IMG/VR virus record: IMGVR_UViG_3300042287_000536
DNA from: an uncultured virus (IMG/VR IMGVR_UViG_3300042287_000536)
Taxonomy: Duplodnaviria > Heunggongvirae > Uroviricota > Caudoviricetes
Reading direction: 5' to 3' (one strand)
Length of the DNA stretch: 20,000 bases
Shown: positions 9,219 through 16,718 of the stretch, piece after piece
How positions within the stretch are numbered: the first letter of the stretch is position 1
Layout of the letters: each line of letters starts with the position of its first letter
Notes under the pieces: generated by a model
What the model was told of the DNA's origin: nothing
What the model saw: only the letters and a program-made list of their open reading frames with translations
Database searches by the model: none
Program-made: the position numbers and the translations under genes

Positions 9219-9782
9219 TTAACAGGTTTTACAGGAAGAACCACAAGACATCTTATCTAATAATTTGACAGCATATCTATATAATTCCATTCCTCTATTT
9301 GGATCTCTACAATCTTCTACATAAGCTTTAGCAGCTAATAAGTACTGTTGTATTAATCTTATTTGATTTAATTTATCTTTAATATTTGCTGGAGGATCAC
9401 ATGCTCCTAGCTGTAAGTCACAATAAATAGCCTTAACTTTATCATTAGCACAAGTAATACGCAAGTGATTATATTCAACATATACAAGATCCTTAGGCTC
9501 AACACTGTATTTTATAATATATATTCCATCAGGAACATTATAAAAAGTTGTACCACAATCAGATGTTTGTAATTCTAAATCACAAGCAGTTATATTTAAG
9601 CTAAACCCGGGAGTTACCGAAGGTGTAGAAAAGTTCACAGGATGCATAAATCCTGGAGCTGTAATTTGTAATAGTGGACATGTAACAGGAATACCAGTAG
9701 CATAGACACTTGTGTCTACTACTCTTAGTATACATTTGTTCATTGTATCAGGTATTTCTAAACTTAGAATATGTTTTGACAT
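9219..9782 (-). CDS. Conserved structural protein, tail hub candidate
   Basis: 187 aa with a beta N-terminal half (VPDGIYIIKYSV) and a helical C-terminal half. Its position after the auxiliary-capsid-like gene suggests the function, which is an inference only. Confidence 0.45.
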   Translation of the reverse strand: MSKHILSLEIPDTMNKCILRVVDTSVYATGIPVTCPLLQITAPGFMHPVNFSTPSVTPGFSLNITACDLELQTSDCGTTFYNVPDGIYIIKYSVEPKDLVYVEYNHLRITCANDKVKAIYCDLQLGACDPPANIKDKLNQIRLIQQYLLAAKAYVEDCRDPNRGMELYRYAVKLLDKMSCGSSCKTC

Positions 9783-9796
9783 AATTTTTTATATTA

Positions 9797-9804
9797 CAAA
9801 TATA
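9797..9804 (-). promoter_or_regulatory. Bacteroidota -7 promoter element
   Basis: Minus-strand TATATTTG is an exact TAnnTTTG match, directly after the terminator U tract and 14 nt before the ATG at 9782. Confidence 0.55.
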
Positions 9805-9805
9805 C

Positions 9806-9838
9806 AAAAAAAAAGGGAAGAAGTTAATCTCCTTCCCT
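9806..9838 (-). terminator. Rho-independent terminator
   Basis: Minus strand AGGGAAGGAG-ATTAA-CTTCTTCCCT followed by a T run, downstream of the 539-aa gene. Confidence 0.9.
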
Positions 9839-9858
9839 CTTTTATTAAAAGTTAATTA

Positions 9859-11478
9859 TTAATCAGGAACAACAGTACAATAAGTACAGCCTTCAGTTTC
9901 TAATGTAACACAATCAACACAAGAATCTAACCAGTAACCTAAGAAAGAATCTAAAGCAGTATTTCCTACTGGAACTAATGGATTAGCTTCTGGTACTACT
10001 ATCTCTAGTAAGTAACGGTCATTGTCAAATACACCTGTTGGGTTGTTAAATCTTGGTACACTATGTAACAAGAAGTATCTTGTATATAATGCATTTCTGT
10101 TAACAGAGTTCAAGATGTCAAAACCTTGAGTGATCTCTCTAATTCTGATATCAGAGTGGAAGAAGTTTTGTAAGTAAGATTCAGCTTTAATTAAATCTCT
10201 TACTACTTGCTCACCAAAGCCCATACCTTGTAATCCTAAACAATCTGTGTAAACACAAATTCCTTCAAATACACATGGATCTCCTGTGTAATCAACCATT
10301 GAAGCATAAACCTTAATTGGTTCTTTTTCAAAGAAGTCAGTTACTTGGAAAGAACAGTTACCAAATTTAGTCTCTACAAAAGCACCAAATAAACGTAAAC
10401 CTGCACATAAACCTACTCCATGACCTGGAGATATATAAGCATCCCACCATTGAGTAGAAAGAACTGGAGTTGAAAGACCATCTAATGATACAGTAGTTCC
10501 TGGAGCATACCAAGCAACACCTAATTCATCAAATACAACTGGAGCAACAAATCCATTTAAGTAGTTGTTGATTACTAAAGCTTTAGCCCATTCAATCATT
10601 ACTAAAGTTGAATCAACTGCAGTCGGAACTACACCTGAACAACATCCTGTATAAGCAGATAATGTTTGGTAAGCATTATGGTTAAGTACACGTAATACTG
10701 GAGAACCTTTAACATCAATTCTTAAGTAGTAAGTTTCACCACATAAAAATTCAAAACAACAAGTTGCATCAGTTGTACCACCTTGGAAATTATTAGAATT
10801 TGTTACAGCAACAGTTACTACAGTTACAGTTGTATCAGCAGCACCACCTACAGCAGTTAATATATCACCGATAGTGTAACCAGTACCAGCTTGAGAAAGA
10901 ACAGCTGCTGTTGCAGTACCTAAAGCACTAACAGTTACTGATAACATTGCTCCAGCTCCAGTACCACCTGTAACAGGAACTATAATTGTATAAATAGAAC
11001 CTGTGATAGGCCATGAAGCGGCAGTACCTGCAACAAAAGTACCAATACTAGCAGTACCAGAACCAGTTTGTGGAGTGTTACCTACAGAAACTACAGTTTG
11101 TTGAGGTACACAAGTAGTTACTTTGTATGCACGTTGTACATATTTAGGGTTAATTGTTTTAGACTTGTTAGTCTCTTTGTAACCACCATGAAAAGGACCA
11201 ATTTTGTCATTAGCTAATAAAGAAGAACTAGCTAAGATTAATGGACAACATCCATAAGTAGTTAAAGTTGGGTTAATTGATTGATAGTTCTTATCAAAAA
11301 ATCCAAAGTACCCCGGAGCTAATGTTGATAATGTAGCTGTAGTTGTACCTGTTGTAGTGATAAATCCACCTGTTGAAGCAGGATTTGTAACACTAATTGG
11401 AGCTCCTGTAGAGGGAGCAGTTCTTGTTGTACCTGTTCCTAAGAACATCTTGGTAAACGCGTGATTAAAATAAGCCAT
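9859..11478 (-). CDS. Abundant virion protein, auxiliary capsid protein candidate (crAss gene 73 position)
   Basis: 539 aa with codon usage like the MCP gene (CGT, TTC, AAC) and its own candidate promoter and terminator. It follows the ring gene as in crAss-like modules and contains a Gly/Thr-rich inserted domain. Confidence 0.5.
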   Translation of the reverse strand: MAYFNHAFTKMFLGTGTTRTAPSTGAPISVTNPASTGGFITTTGTTTATLSTLAPGYFGFFDKNYQSINPTLTTYGCCPLILASSSLLANDKIGPFHGGYKETNKSKTINPKYVQRAYKVTTCVPQQTVVSVGNTPQTGSGTASIGTFVAGTAASWPITGSIYTIIVPVTGGTGAGAMLSVTVSALGTATAAVLSQAGTGYTIGDILTAVGGAADTTVTVVTVAVTNSNNFQGGTTDATCCFEFLCGETYYLRIDVKGSPVLRVLNHNAYQTLSAYTGCCSGVVPTAVDSTLVMIEWAKALVINNYLNGFVAPVVFDELGVAWYAPGTTVSLDGLSTPVLSTQWWDAYISPGHGVGLCAGLRLFGAFVETKFGNCSFQVTDFFEKEPIKVYASMVDYTGDPCVFEGICVYTDCLGLQGMGFGEQVVRDLIKAESYLQNFFHSDIRIREITQGFDILNSVNRNALYTRYFLLHSVPRFNNPTGVFDNDRYLLEIVVPEANPLVPVGNTALDSFLGYWLDSCVDCVTLETEGCTYCTVVPD

Positions 11479-11516
11479 TTTGTTTTTGTTTTAAGTTTAT
11501 AAATAAATAGATGATA

Positions 11517-11548
11517 CTAATATATGTAATTATTTTTGATTATACAAA
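11517..11548 (-). promoter_or_regulatory. Candidate Bacteroidota-type promoter
   Basis: Minus strand TTTG-N20-TATATTAG upstream of the 539-aa gene. Confidence 0.55.
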
Positions 11549-11549
11549 T

Positions 11550-12005
11550 TTATTTTAAGAAAAGTAATTTATACTTACCTGAGTTTATTGTAGACTTGAT
11601 AGTATCTAAGTCATTTACAATTTCAGAATAAGGCATTTTAGCTTGTAAGCCATCTACCATCTTAGTCATGTCTTTTAAATAATCAATTGCTTCTGCTACA
11701 CTGTTTAATGTTTTAGGTGCTACTTCAGTATAAGTAAGTAACTTTTCTGAAGCTCCTTGGAATCCTTCAGCTAAATCATCAGCATGTCCAGGTAATGCAT
11801 CATACAATTCATTAAGTGCTTTGTGAGCAGCATAAGATCCTGATCCTGTTATCTTTAAGTGTAACTTATGAATAGCTGTTCCAGCATTCATTAACTCAGA
11901 TACACAAGCTGATACCATAGAATCTAATGATCCTGTAGAAGGTGCACTGTAGCTTTTTGTAGCTGGCCCACTTTCTCTTTTTAAAAATCTTGATTTCTCT
12001 TCCAT
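11550..12005 (-). CDS. Dps/ferritin-like four-helix-bundle protein (DUF5856-like)
   Basis: HKLHLKITGSGSYAAHKALNELYDALPGHADDLAEGFQG matches the Dps-type H...H...D...E ligand pattern; the protein ends in KYKLLFLK. Confidence 0.75.
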   Translation of the reverse strand: MEEKSRFLKRESGPATKSYSAPSTGSLDSMVSACVSELMNAGTAIHKLHLKITGSGSYAAHKALNELYDALPGHADDLAEGFQGASEKLLTYTEVAPKTLNSVAEAIDYLKDMTKMVDGLQAKMPYSEIVNDLDTIKSTINSGKYKLLFLK

Positions 12006-12022
12006 TATTTCTTTTTTATATT

Positions 12023-12727
12023 TTAATTATTATTTTCTACTGCTTGAGTCATTCTTTGATACTGGTTCATAGATTCAATATCTCCAGCTAATATCTTAAC
12101 TGCTTCATCTACAAATAGTTCCACTAAATCATCTTTAAATTCAGATGGTACATCAACAGTAGAAGTTATTCCTGTATAAGGATTAGCTACTCCTGCAATT
12201 TGAATATAAGTTGGTTGTCTGTAGTAATGCAATCTTGATTCAGTTATGTCAAATAAGTTATTAGTATATAACTGAACTTGATTATTAGAAACAGTTGCAA
12301 AAGTTTCACCCCACTCATAGCTTGGTTGCTTATTCTTATCTCTAAGAAGTTCATCCACATTGGCAACTTCACCTAGATATACAACCATAATTTTTGGAGT
12401 AGGACAACAGTTTTGAGCAGCTTTAACAGAGACTCTTTTCCACTGTAAGTAATTAGTAGGAAAGTTAGTACTCTCATAATAGGTTTGCTTGTTGTTAAGA
12501 GTTAACAATGTTGAACCCAATAATATTTGCAAATCATCTATTCTTCTAGTAGACTGTTCATCACCTTCTTTGGTCATATTAGTACCATGAAGATTTCTCC
12601 GGCACCAATCTACTTGACCCTTGTTAAAAGCTTCAATAATCTGCCAAGCTTCTATGTTGTCATAATCGTTTGAGGCCAACTTGTTCAACCTCTGTTTCAC
12701 TTTTATTAATATGGTTGAATTAAGCAT
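12023..12727 (-). CDS. Tail ring/adaptor protein (crAss gene 74/R3-like)
   Basis: 234 aa with a KLASNDYDN...FNKGQ...EQSTRRIDDLQIL...YYRQP...ELFVDEAVKILAG pattern, located downstream of the MCP as in crAss-like modules. Confidence 0.65.
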   Translation of the reverse strand: MLNSTILIKVKQRLNKLASNDYDNIEAWQIIEAFNKGQVDWCRRNLHGTNMTKEGDEQSTRRIDDLQILLGSTLLTLNNKQTYYESTNFPTNYLQWKRVSVKAAQNCCPTPKIMVVYLGEVANVDELLRDKNKQPSYEWGETFATVSNNQVQLYTNNLFDITESRLHYYRQPTYIQIAGVANPYTGITSTVDVPSEFKDDLVELFVDEAVKILAGDIESMNQYQRMTQAVENNN

Positions 12728-13226
12728 TGTTTAAATAAGTTATAAGGTTTAATAATATATTTTTATCATCTTTAATTAATCCTAAAGCTTTATTACAGCT
12801 ATCACAAAGCAAGCCTCTTATTTTTCCTGTTACATGACAATGGTCTACACATAAATCTCTTTTTAATAAAGATCTATGTTGGTTACAACCTAAACAACAT
12901 TCTTTTTGTTTTATAAACATTTCATTATATTTTTCTAATGTTATGTTATATATTGCTTTTAAATGAGGCTTAGTTTCTTTTAGTTTTAACCATCTTTCTT
13001 TATTATAATCTCTTGTCTTTTCTTTATTATCAATTAAATATTGTTTTCTGGTTTCACTTTTACCAAACTTCACAGCTCTTTCTTTATATATACTTATATT
13101 AGCTTTATAATGAGCTTTTTTATAAGCAGCAACTTTCTCTTTATTTTTATGATACCATTCCAAAGATCTGCTTTTTTTAGGAGCAGTTTGTATTTTATCA
13201 CTTATGAGAATAGTTGAATTTAACAT
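12720..13226 (-). mobile_element. Free-standing homing endonuclease, endonuclease VII-type HNH
   Basis: C-terminal YNITLEKYNEM...CLGC...LCVDHCHVTGKIRGLLCDSCNKALG is the Endo VII His-Me finger, preceded by a basic helical region. Its first 8 aa are identical to those of the downstream gene, and its stop overlaps that gene's ATG. Confidence 0.85.
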
Positions 13227-13232
13227 TTACTA

Positions 13233-13403
13233 TTATTTTTTCTTTTTAGCCTTAGCTTTTGGGTTAAAAAATTCTTGCATTACTTCAACTCTAGGTTGTT
13301 TCTTTTTTTTATTATTGTCTTCTACATTTTTATTGTAGATGCCAATCATCTTCTTATCAGTAGATAAGACAGACTTTCCTTTTACACTTGCTGATTTTTT
13401 CAT
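13233..13403 (-). CDS. Small Lys-rich protein (56 aa), absent from the ORF track
   Basis: Hand translation MKKSASVKGKSVLSTDKKMIGIYNKNVEDNNKKKKQPRVEVMQEFFNPKAKAKKKK. It has an A-rich leader and fills the gap exactly. Confidence 0.75.
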   Translation of the reverse strand: MKKSASVKGKSVLSTDKKMIGIYNKNVEDNNKKKKQPRVEVMQEFFNPKAKAKKKK

Positions 13404-13413
13404 AGTTTTTATT

Positions 13414-13665
13414 TTAACATTTCCATTTTCTCAAAGACTTATTGATTCTTGAATCAGGATCATTAGCAGTCTTTGCACTAGTTAATTTTTTCTTCATACC
13501 TTTCATCCTTGCACAAAAAGAATCTTTTCTAGAACCTCCTTCTGGTTGAGGAGCTTTAAGGTTTGATCCTGGATTAGCTTTATTATAAGAAGCTCTTCCT
13601 TTTGCATTAAGACCTCCACTAGGAGCCTTACCTTCTTTTCTTTGCCAAGCTGGACTCTTTGCCAT
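13414..13665 (-). CDS. Small basic phage protein (SFCARM family, DUF6321-like)
   Basis: The GGLNAKGRASYN...SFCARMKGMK...DPDSRINKSLRKWKC pattern is recognisable from small proteins of aquatic phages. Confidence 0.75.
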   Translation of the reverse strand: MAKSPAWQRKEGKAPSGGLNAKGRASYNKANPGSNLKAPQPEGGSRKDSFCARMKGMKKKLTSAKTANDPDSRINKSLRKWKC

Positions 13666-13814
13666 TATTTCTTAGTTTTAGATTTAATCTTTTTTTCTTG
13701 TTTAAGCATCTCCTTACTAGGAGCTTTTCCTGATCCTTTATTAGCTCTGATATTATCCCACAAACCTCTTTGTGAAGTACTACCATCTTTTCTTTTGATC
13801 ATTTGCTTAGCCAT
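13665..13814 (-). CDS. Small basic protein (49 aa), absent from the ORF track
   Basis: MAKQMIKRKDGSTSQRGLWDNIRANKGSGKAPSKEMLKQEKKIKSKTKK, with a TAATG stop/start overlap with the next gene. Confidence 0.8.
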   Translation of the reverse strand: MAKQMIKRKDGSTSQRGLWDNIRANKGSGKAPSKEMLKQEKKIKSKTKK

Positions 13815-13820
13815 TGTTTC

Positions 13821-14468
13821 TTAGTTTTTTGTTGGTATTGGTGTTCCTACAGGATAGGGTGCACCTTTCTTAGCTGCAGTAATTGAAGTTTCTCCATTTT
13901 TAACTGGGATAGCAATTCTTAATGGAAGAGCATCTTCATTTAATGGACCATATACTTTAGCAAGAATGATACCTGTTGAAGTTGTATCAAATATAATTCC
14001 AGGCATTCCAAACATATTACTTTCACTAGTTTCAGGATGACTCATGTCAATAGTAAACTTACGGTTTACTGGTGATAATAATTCCCAAGATTTTGATTCA
14101 GGGTTAAACTGTGGAATTACTGTAGTTGAATCATAATACCAAAACAAAGACCAAACTGTAGTGTTAGTTCCATCAGGAGTTTGAAAATTATTTTCAATAT
14201 TAAAATCTCCCCATGTTCCACCTGAACCATACATAGCCAAGTTAGAGATTGAAGGACCTTCTAATACAGGACAAATAGCACAACCTTCATTATACTCTAC
14301 ACCTTGTATCATTATTTTCTTACCTGTTGGTACTGCACCAGATGCTCCACAAAATGCAAATTTGCTTTTATGAATTCTTAGTACACTTCTTTCAGGAAGC
14401 TTAGTTGATTCAGTACTGCAACTAATTATTAAGCTGCTTGCAAATATTAAAAATATTAAGTTTTTCAT
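13821..14468 (-). CDS. Predicted lipoprotein of unknown function
   Basis: MKNLIFLIFASSLIISC is a signal peptide II with lipobox Cys17, followed by a soluble domain (FAFCGASGA...CAICPVLEGPSI). Confidence 0.7.
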   Translation of the reverse strand: MKNLIFLIFASSLIISCSTESTKLPERSVLRIHKSKFAFCGASGAVPTGKKIMIQGVEYNEGCAICPVLEGPSISNLAMYGSGGTWGDFNIENNFQTPDGTNTTVWSLFWYYDSTTVIPQFNPESKSWELLSPVNRKFTIDMSHPETSESNMFGMPGIIFDTTSTGIILAKVYGPLNEDALPLRIAIPVKNGETSITAAKKGAPYPVGTPIPTKN

Positions 14469-14472
14469 AGTT

Positions 14473-14625
14473 TTATTTTTTAGCTTTAGCCATTTTTTTA
14501 AAAGTAATTGCCAAAGCTTTTCTCTTTGGTGTACAAGTAGCTTTAGTCATTGGAGTACAATAACCCTTATGAGCAGGATTAACTGCTTTTTGAATCCACT
14601 TCTTGTCTTTCTTTTCAGCAGGCAT
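14473..14625 (-). CDS. Small basic protein (50 aa), absent from the ORF track
   Basis: MPAEKKDKKWIQKAVNPAHKGYCTPMTKATCTPKRKALAITFKKMAKAKK, which fills the gap between its neighbours. Confidence 0.8.
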   Translation of the reverse strand: MPAEKKDKKWIQKAVNPAHKGYCTPMTKATCTPKRKALAITFKKMAKAKK

Positions 14626-14627
14626 TA

Positions 14628-14828
14628 CTATTTCTTTTTAGTTGTTTTAACTGTAGGTTTAGGTGATCCACCAAACATCATTTTGTTTAATGAGTCCATA
14701 GATTTTTTAACACCTCCCATTAAAGCTTTATCTTTACGGATAGCTTCAGCTCTTTGAAGAGTTCTCATTGCATCTTCAATTTCCCATTGTCTGTCAGGGC
14801 CACTTAAGGCTACTTTAATTTTTGCCAT
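14628..14828 (-). CDS. Small basic protein (66 aa)
   Basis: Packed ORF with a WEIEDAMRTLQRAEAIRKD helix and a Lys-rich tail. Confidence 0.75.
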   Translation of the reverse strand: MAKIKVALSGPDRQWEIEDAMRTLQRAEAIRKDKALMGGVKKSMDSLNKMMFGGSPKPTVKTTKKK

Positions 14829-14830
14829 GA

Positions 14831-15247
14831 TTATTTCTTTTTAGTTGAACCACCCATTTTTTTCTTAGCACCTGCAATTTTATCTGCAAATGTTACTTTA
14901 TTATAAGGAGGTGCTAACTTAGCAAACTTAGAAGTTGCTCCACCTTTTTTTGCCACAGGTCTATTACTATAAGTTGCAGTTGGAATAACAGCCTTTTTTG
15001 AAACAGCATCTGGAGCATAAGTTCCACTTGGACCAGAAGTTCCTTTAACAGCTTTTGATGGACCAGCATAACCTGATTTACGAGTATACACAGCCTCACC
15101 TGCAGGATTTGTAATACTAGTTTTTCTGTAGTTAGGATTTTGTGCTACATCCATATCTATTTGCTTAGCTTTTATAGTGTTAGCTGGAGTTGAATCAACA
15201 CCTCCATAATTTTTTTTAACTAATTTTTTTACTACTTTCTTTGCCAT
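14831..15247 (-). CDS. Lys/Gly-rich low-complexity protein (138 aa)
   Basis: Packed ORF with NYGG, KKGG and KMGG motifs and LAPPYNKVTFADKIAGA near the C-terminus. Confidence 0.75.
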   Translation of the reverse strand: MAKKVVKKLVKKNYGGVDSTPANTIKAKQIDMDVAQNPNYRKTSITNPAGEAVYTRKSGYAGPSKAVKGTSGPSGTYAPDAVSKKAVIPTATYSNRPVAKKGGATSKFAKLAPPYNKVTFADKIAGAKKKMGGSTKKK

Positions 15248-15265
15248 GTTTTTATTTTTTATAGA

Positions 15266-15463
15266 TTAACACTTAGATTTTTTAGAACCACCCATTTTCA
15301 TCTTCATAGGTACAGCTCCTTTTGGAGGTGTATTAACACCACCAGAAGATTTAGGTTTAATACTAGTTTGTACTTTAGCAGTGCCATTAGTACCACCTTG
15401 CTTACCTGTAGCTTTAGAAGCTGCAGTAGCTTTAGGATTTGCAGATTTCATTGTTCCAGCCAT
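15266..15463 (-). CDS. Small basic protein (65 aa), probable paralogue of the upstream 56-aa gene
   Basis: Starts MAGTMKSAN, has two GGxN-ended units and ends MKMGGSKKSKC. Confidence 0.75.
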   Translation of the reverse strand: MAGTMKSANPKATAASKATGKQGGTNGTAKVQTSIKPKSSGGVNTPPKGAVPMKMKMGGSKKSKC

Positions 15464-15469
15464 GTTTTC

Positions 15470-15640
15470 TTATTTTTTTAATTTACCATTAGGTACATCA
15501 CATGCAGCAATGTTCATGCCTCCAGTGTATCTTGTTGGATTAGTTACTACTATAGGGTATGCATTCATACCTCCTTTGTATCTTGTAGGAGTTGTTACTA
15601 CTACAGGAAAAGTGTTTGCGGTTTTCATTTGTCCAGCCAT
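15470..15640 (-). CDS. Small protein (56 aa) with a 17-aa tandem repeat, absent from the ORF track
   Basis: MAGQMKTAN-TFPVVVTTPTRYKGGMN-AYPIVVTNPTRYTGGMN-IAACDVPNGKLKK. Confidence 0.8.
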   Translation of the reverse strand: MAGQMKTANTFPVVVTTPTRYKGGMNAYPIVVTNPTRYTGGMNIAACDVPNGKLKK

Positions 15641-15671
15641 GATATTTATTTTTTAGTTTTAATTATTAATA

Positions 15672-16688
15672 TTATGCATTCCAATATCTCTCAACTGTTT
15701 TAGTTAACTGTAATAGAATACTGTCATTTAAAGGATTCTTTAAAAACTCTATACAGTCAGCTGCAGTTCTTCCCATTAGTGCACTTGTCTCAGTATGGTA
15801 AATAAAACCATCAGACTTGGCAATAATGAATTTGTAATAAGTTGAATCTTTAACTAAAGCTTTAATTTTCAATGTTTCCATATCTAAATTACAAGCATCA
15901 ATAAACTGTTGTGCAGCTCTCTTGATATTTGATTCAACACCTTCTCCTCTGATATACTTATCCATGTTATCATAAACAACATCATTAGGAGTAGATTTCT
16001 TATATTGAACACTATTAGCATCTACAGCTTTTGCTACATAGAATAACTTGTTTTGATTCTTATCAAATAACTTAGTAAGTTCAGAGACAGCTTTGTTTCT
16101 TAATTTACTAACTTCAGTTTTAGTAGAAACTGTATCAACAAATTTATCTAAATAAAACTTAGGAGCTACTGATCTACTTCTTGCATCATCAAAACTTTTT
16201 GAGATTAAAGAGAAACCACCATTTTCAATTGCATAAATCTTAATAAGATCTAATGCATCTTTAGTAGGATCTAAGTATAATGGTTCATTACCACATCTGA
16301 TAGTTAGCTTACTCCAAAAATCATCATTGTTAGGTTGTAACAAAACAACTTTATTCCAGAAATCAGGATCTTCAGGATTAACCATATTTGCAGCTAACTC
16401 TCTTTCAAGTTCTGATACAACTTTTCTAATCTCTTTAATTTTTGCTTCTCTCTCTTCTGGGTCTTTAATTAATTTTACTTCAGGAGCAAATTCATTTAAT
16501 CCTGTTAAGTATCTCTTAATCCCATTTCTTTCTATACATGCTAATTGTTCTTCATGAAATACCCCATCAAACAAAGCCATGCCATATTTTTCAAGGCCTA
16601 GATTAGATTTGTTAGGGTCAAAGAACGGTTTAACAGATATACTGCCAGTTTTTGCTGTTTCAGCTAATGATACAATTGAATAACTCAT
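15672..16688 (-). CDS. Conserved protein downstream of the MCP (crAss gene 75-like position), function unknown
   Basis: 338-aa charged, helical ORF (YLTGLNE...DDFWS...LDPTK...FLKNPLND). The assignment rests mainly on gene order. Confidence 0.55.
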   Translation of the reverse strand: MSYSIVSLAETAKTGSISVKPFFDPNKSNLGLEKYGMALFDGVFHEEQLACIERNGIKRYLTGLNEFAPEVKLIKDPEEREAKIKEIRKVVSELERELAANMVNPEDPDFWNKVVLLQPNNDDFWSKLTIRCGNEPLYLDPTKDALDLIKIYAIENGGFSLISKSFDDARSRSVAPKFYLDKFVDTVSTKTEVSKLRNKAVSELTKLFDKNQNKLFYVAKAVDANSVQYKKSTPNDVVYDNMDKYIRGEGVESNIKRAAQQFIDACNLDMETLKIKALVKDSTYYKFIIAKSDGFIYHTETSALMGRTAADCIEFLKNPLNDSILLQLTKTVERYWNA

Positions 16689-16718
16689 GTGTTGGTTTTT
16701 TGTTGGTTTATGTTTATG

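Noticed and set aside
12720..13226. Group I intron or intein interpretation of the HNH insertion
   Set aside because: There is no non-coding space for a ribozyme core and no intein terminal motifs, and the downstream gene has its own complete start.
15500..15615. 51-nt tandem repeat as a CRISPR or DGR element
   Set aside because: There are only two degenerate in-frame coding copies, with no spacers, no adenine-specific mismatch pattern and no RT or cas genes in the window.
13642..16557. ORFs 13642-13824 (+), 14569-14757 (+), 14914-15099 (-), 15381-15656 (+) and 16327-16557 (+)
   Set aside because: They are antisense or alternate-frame shadows; the minus-strand genes tile these intervals with proper leaders.
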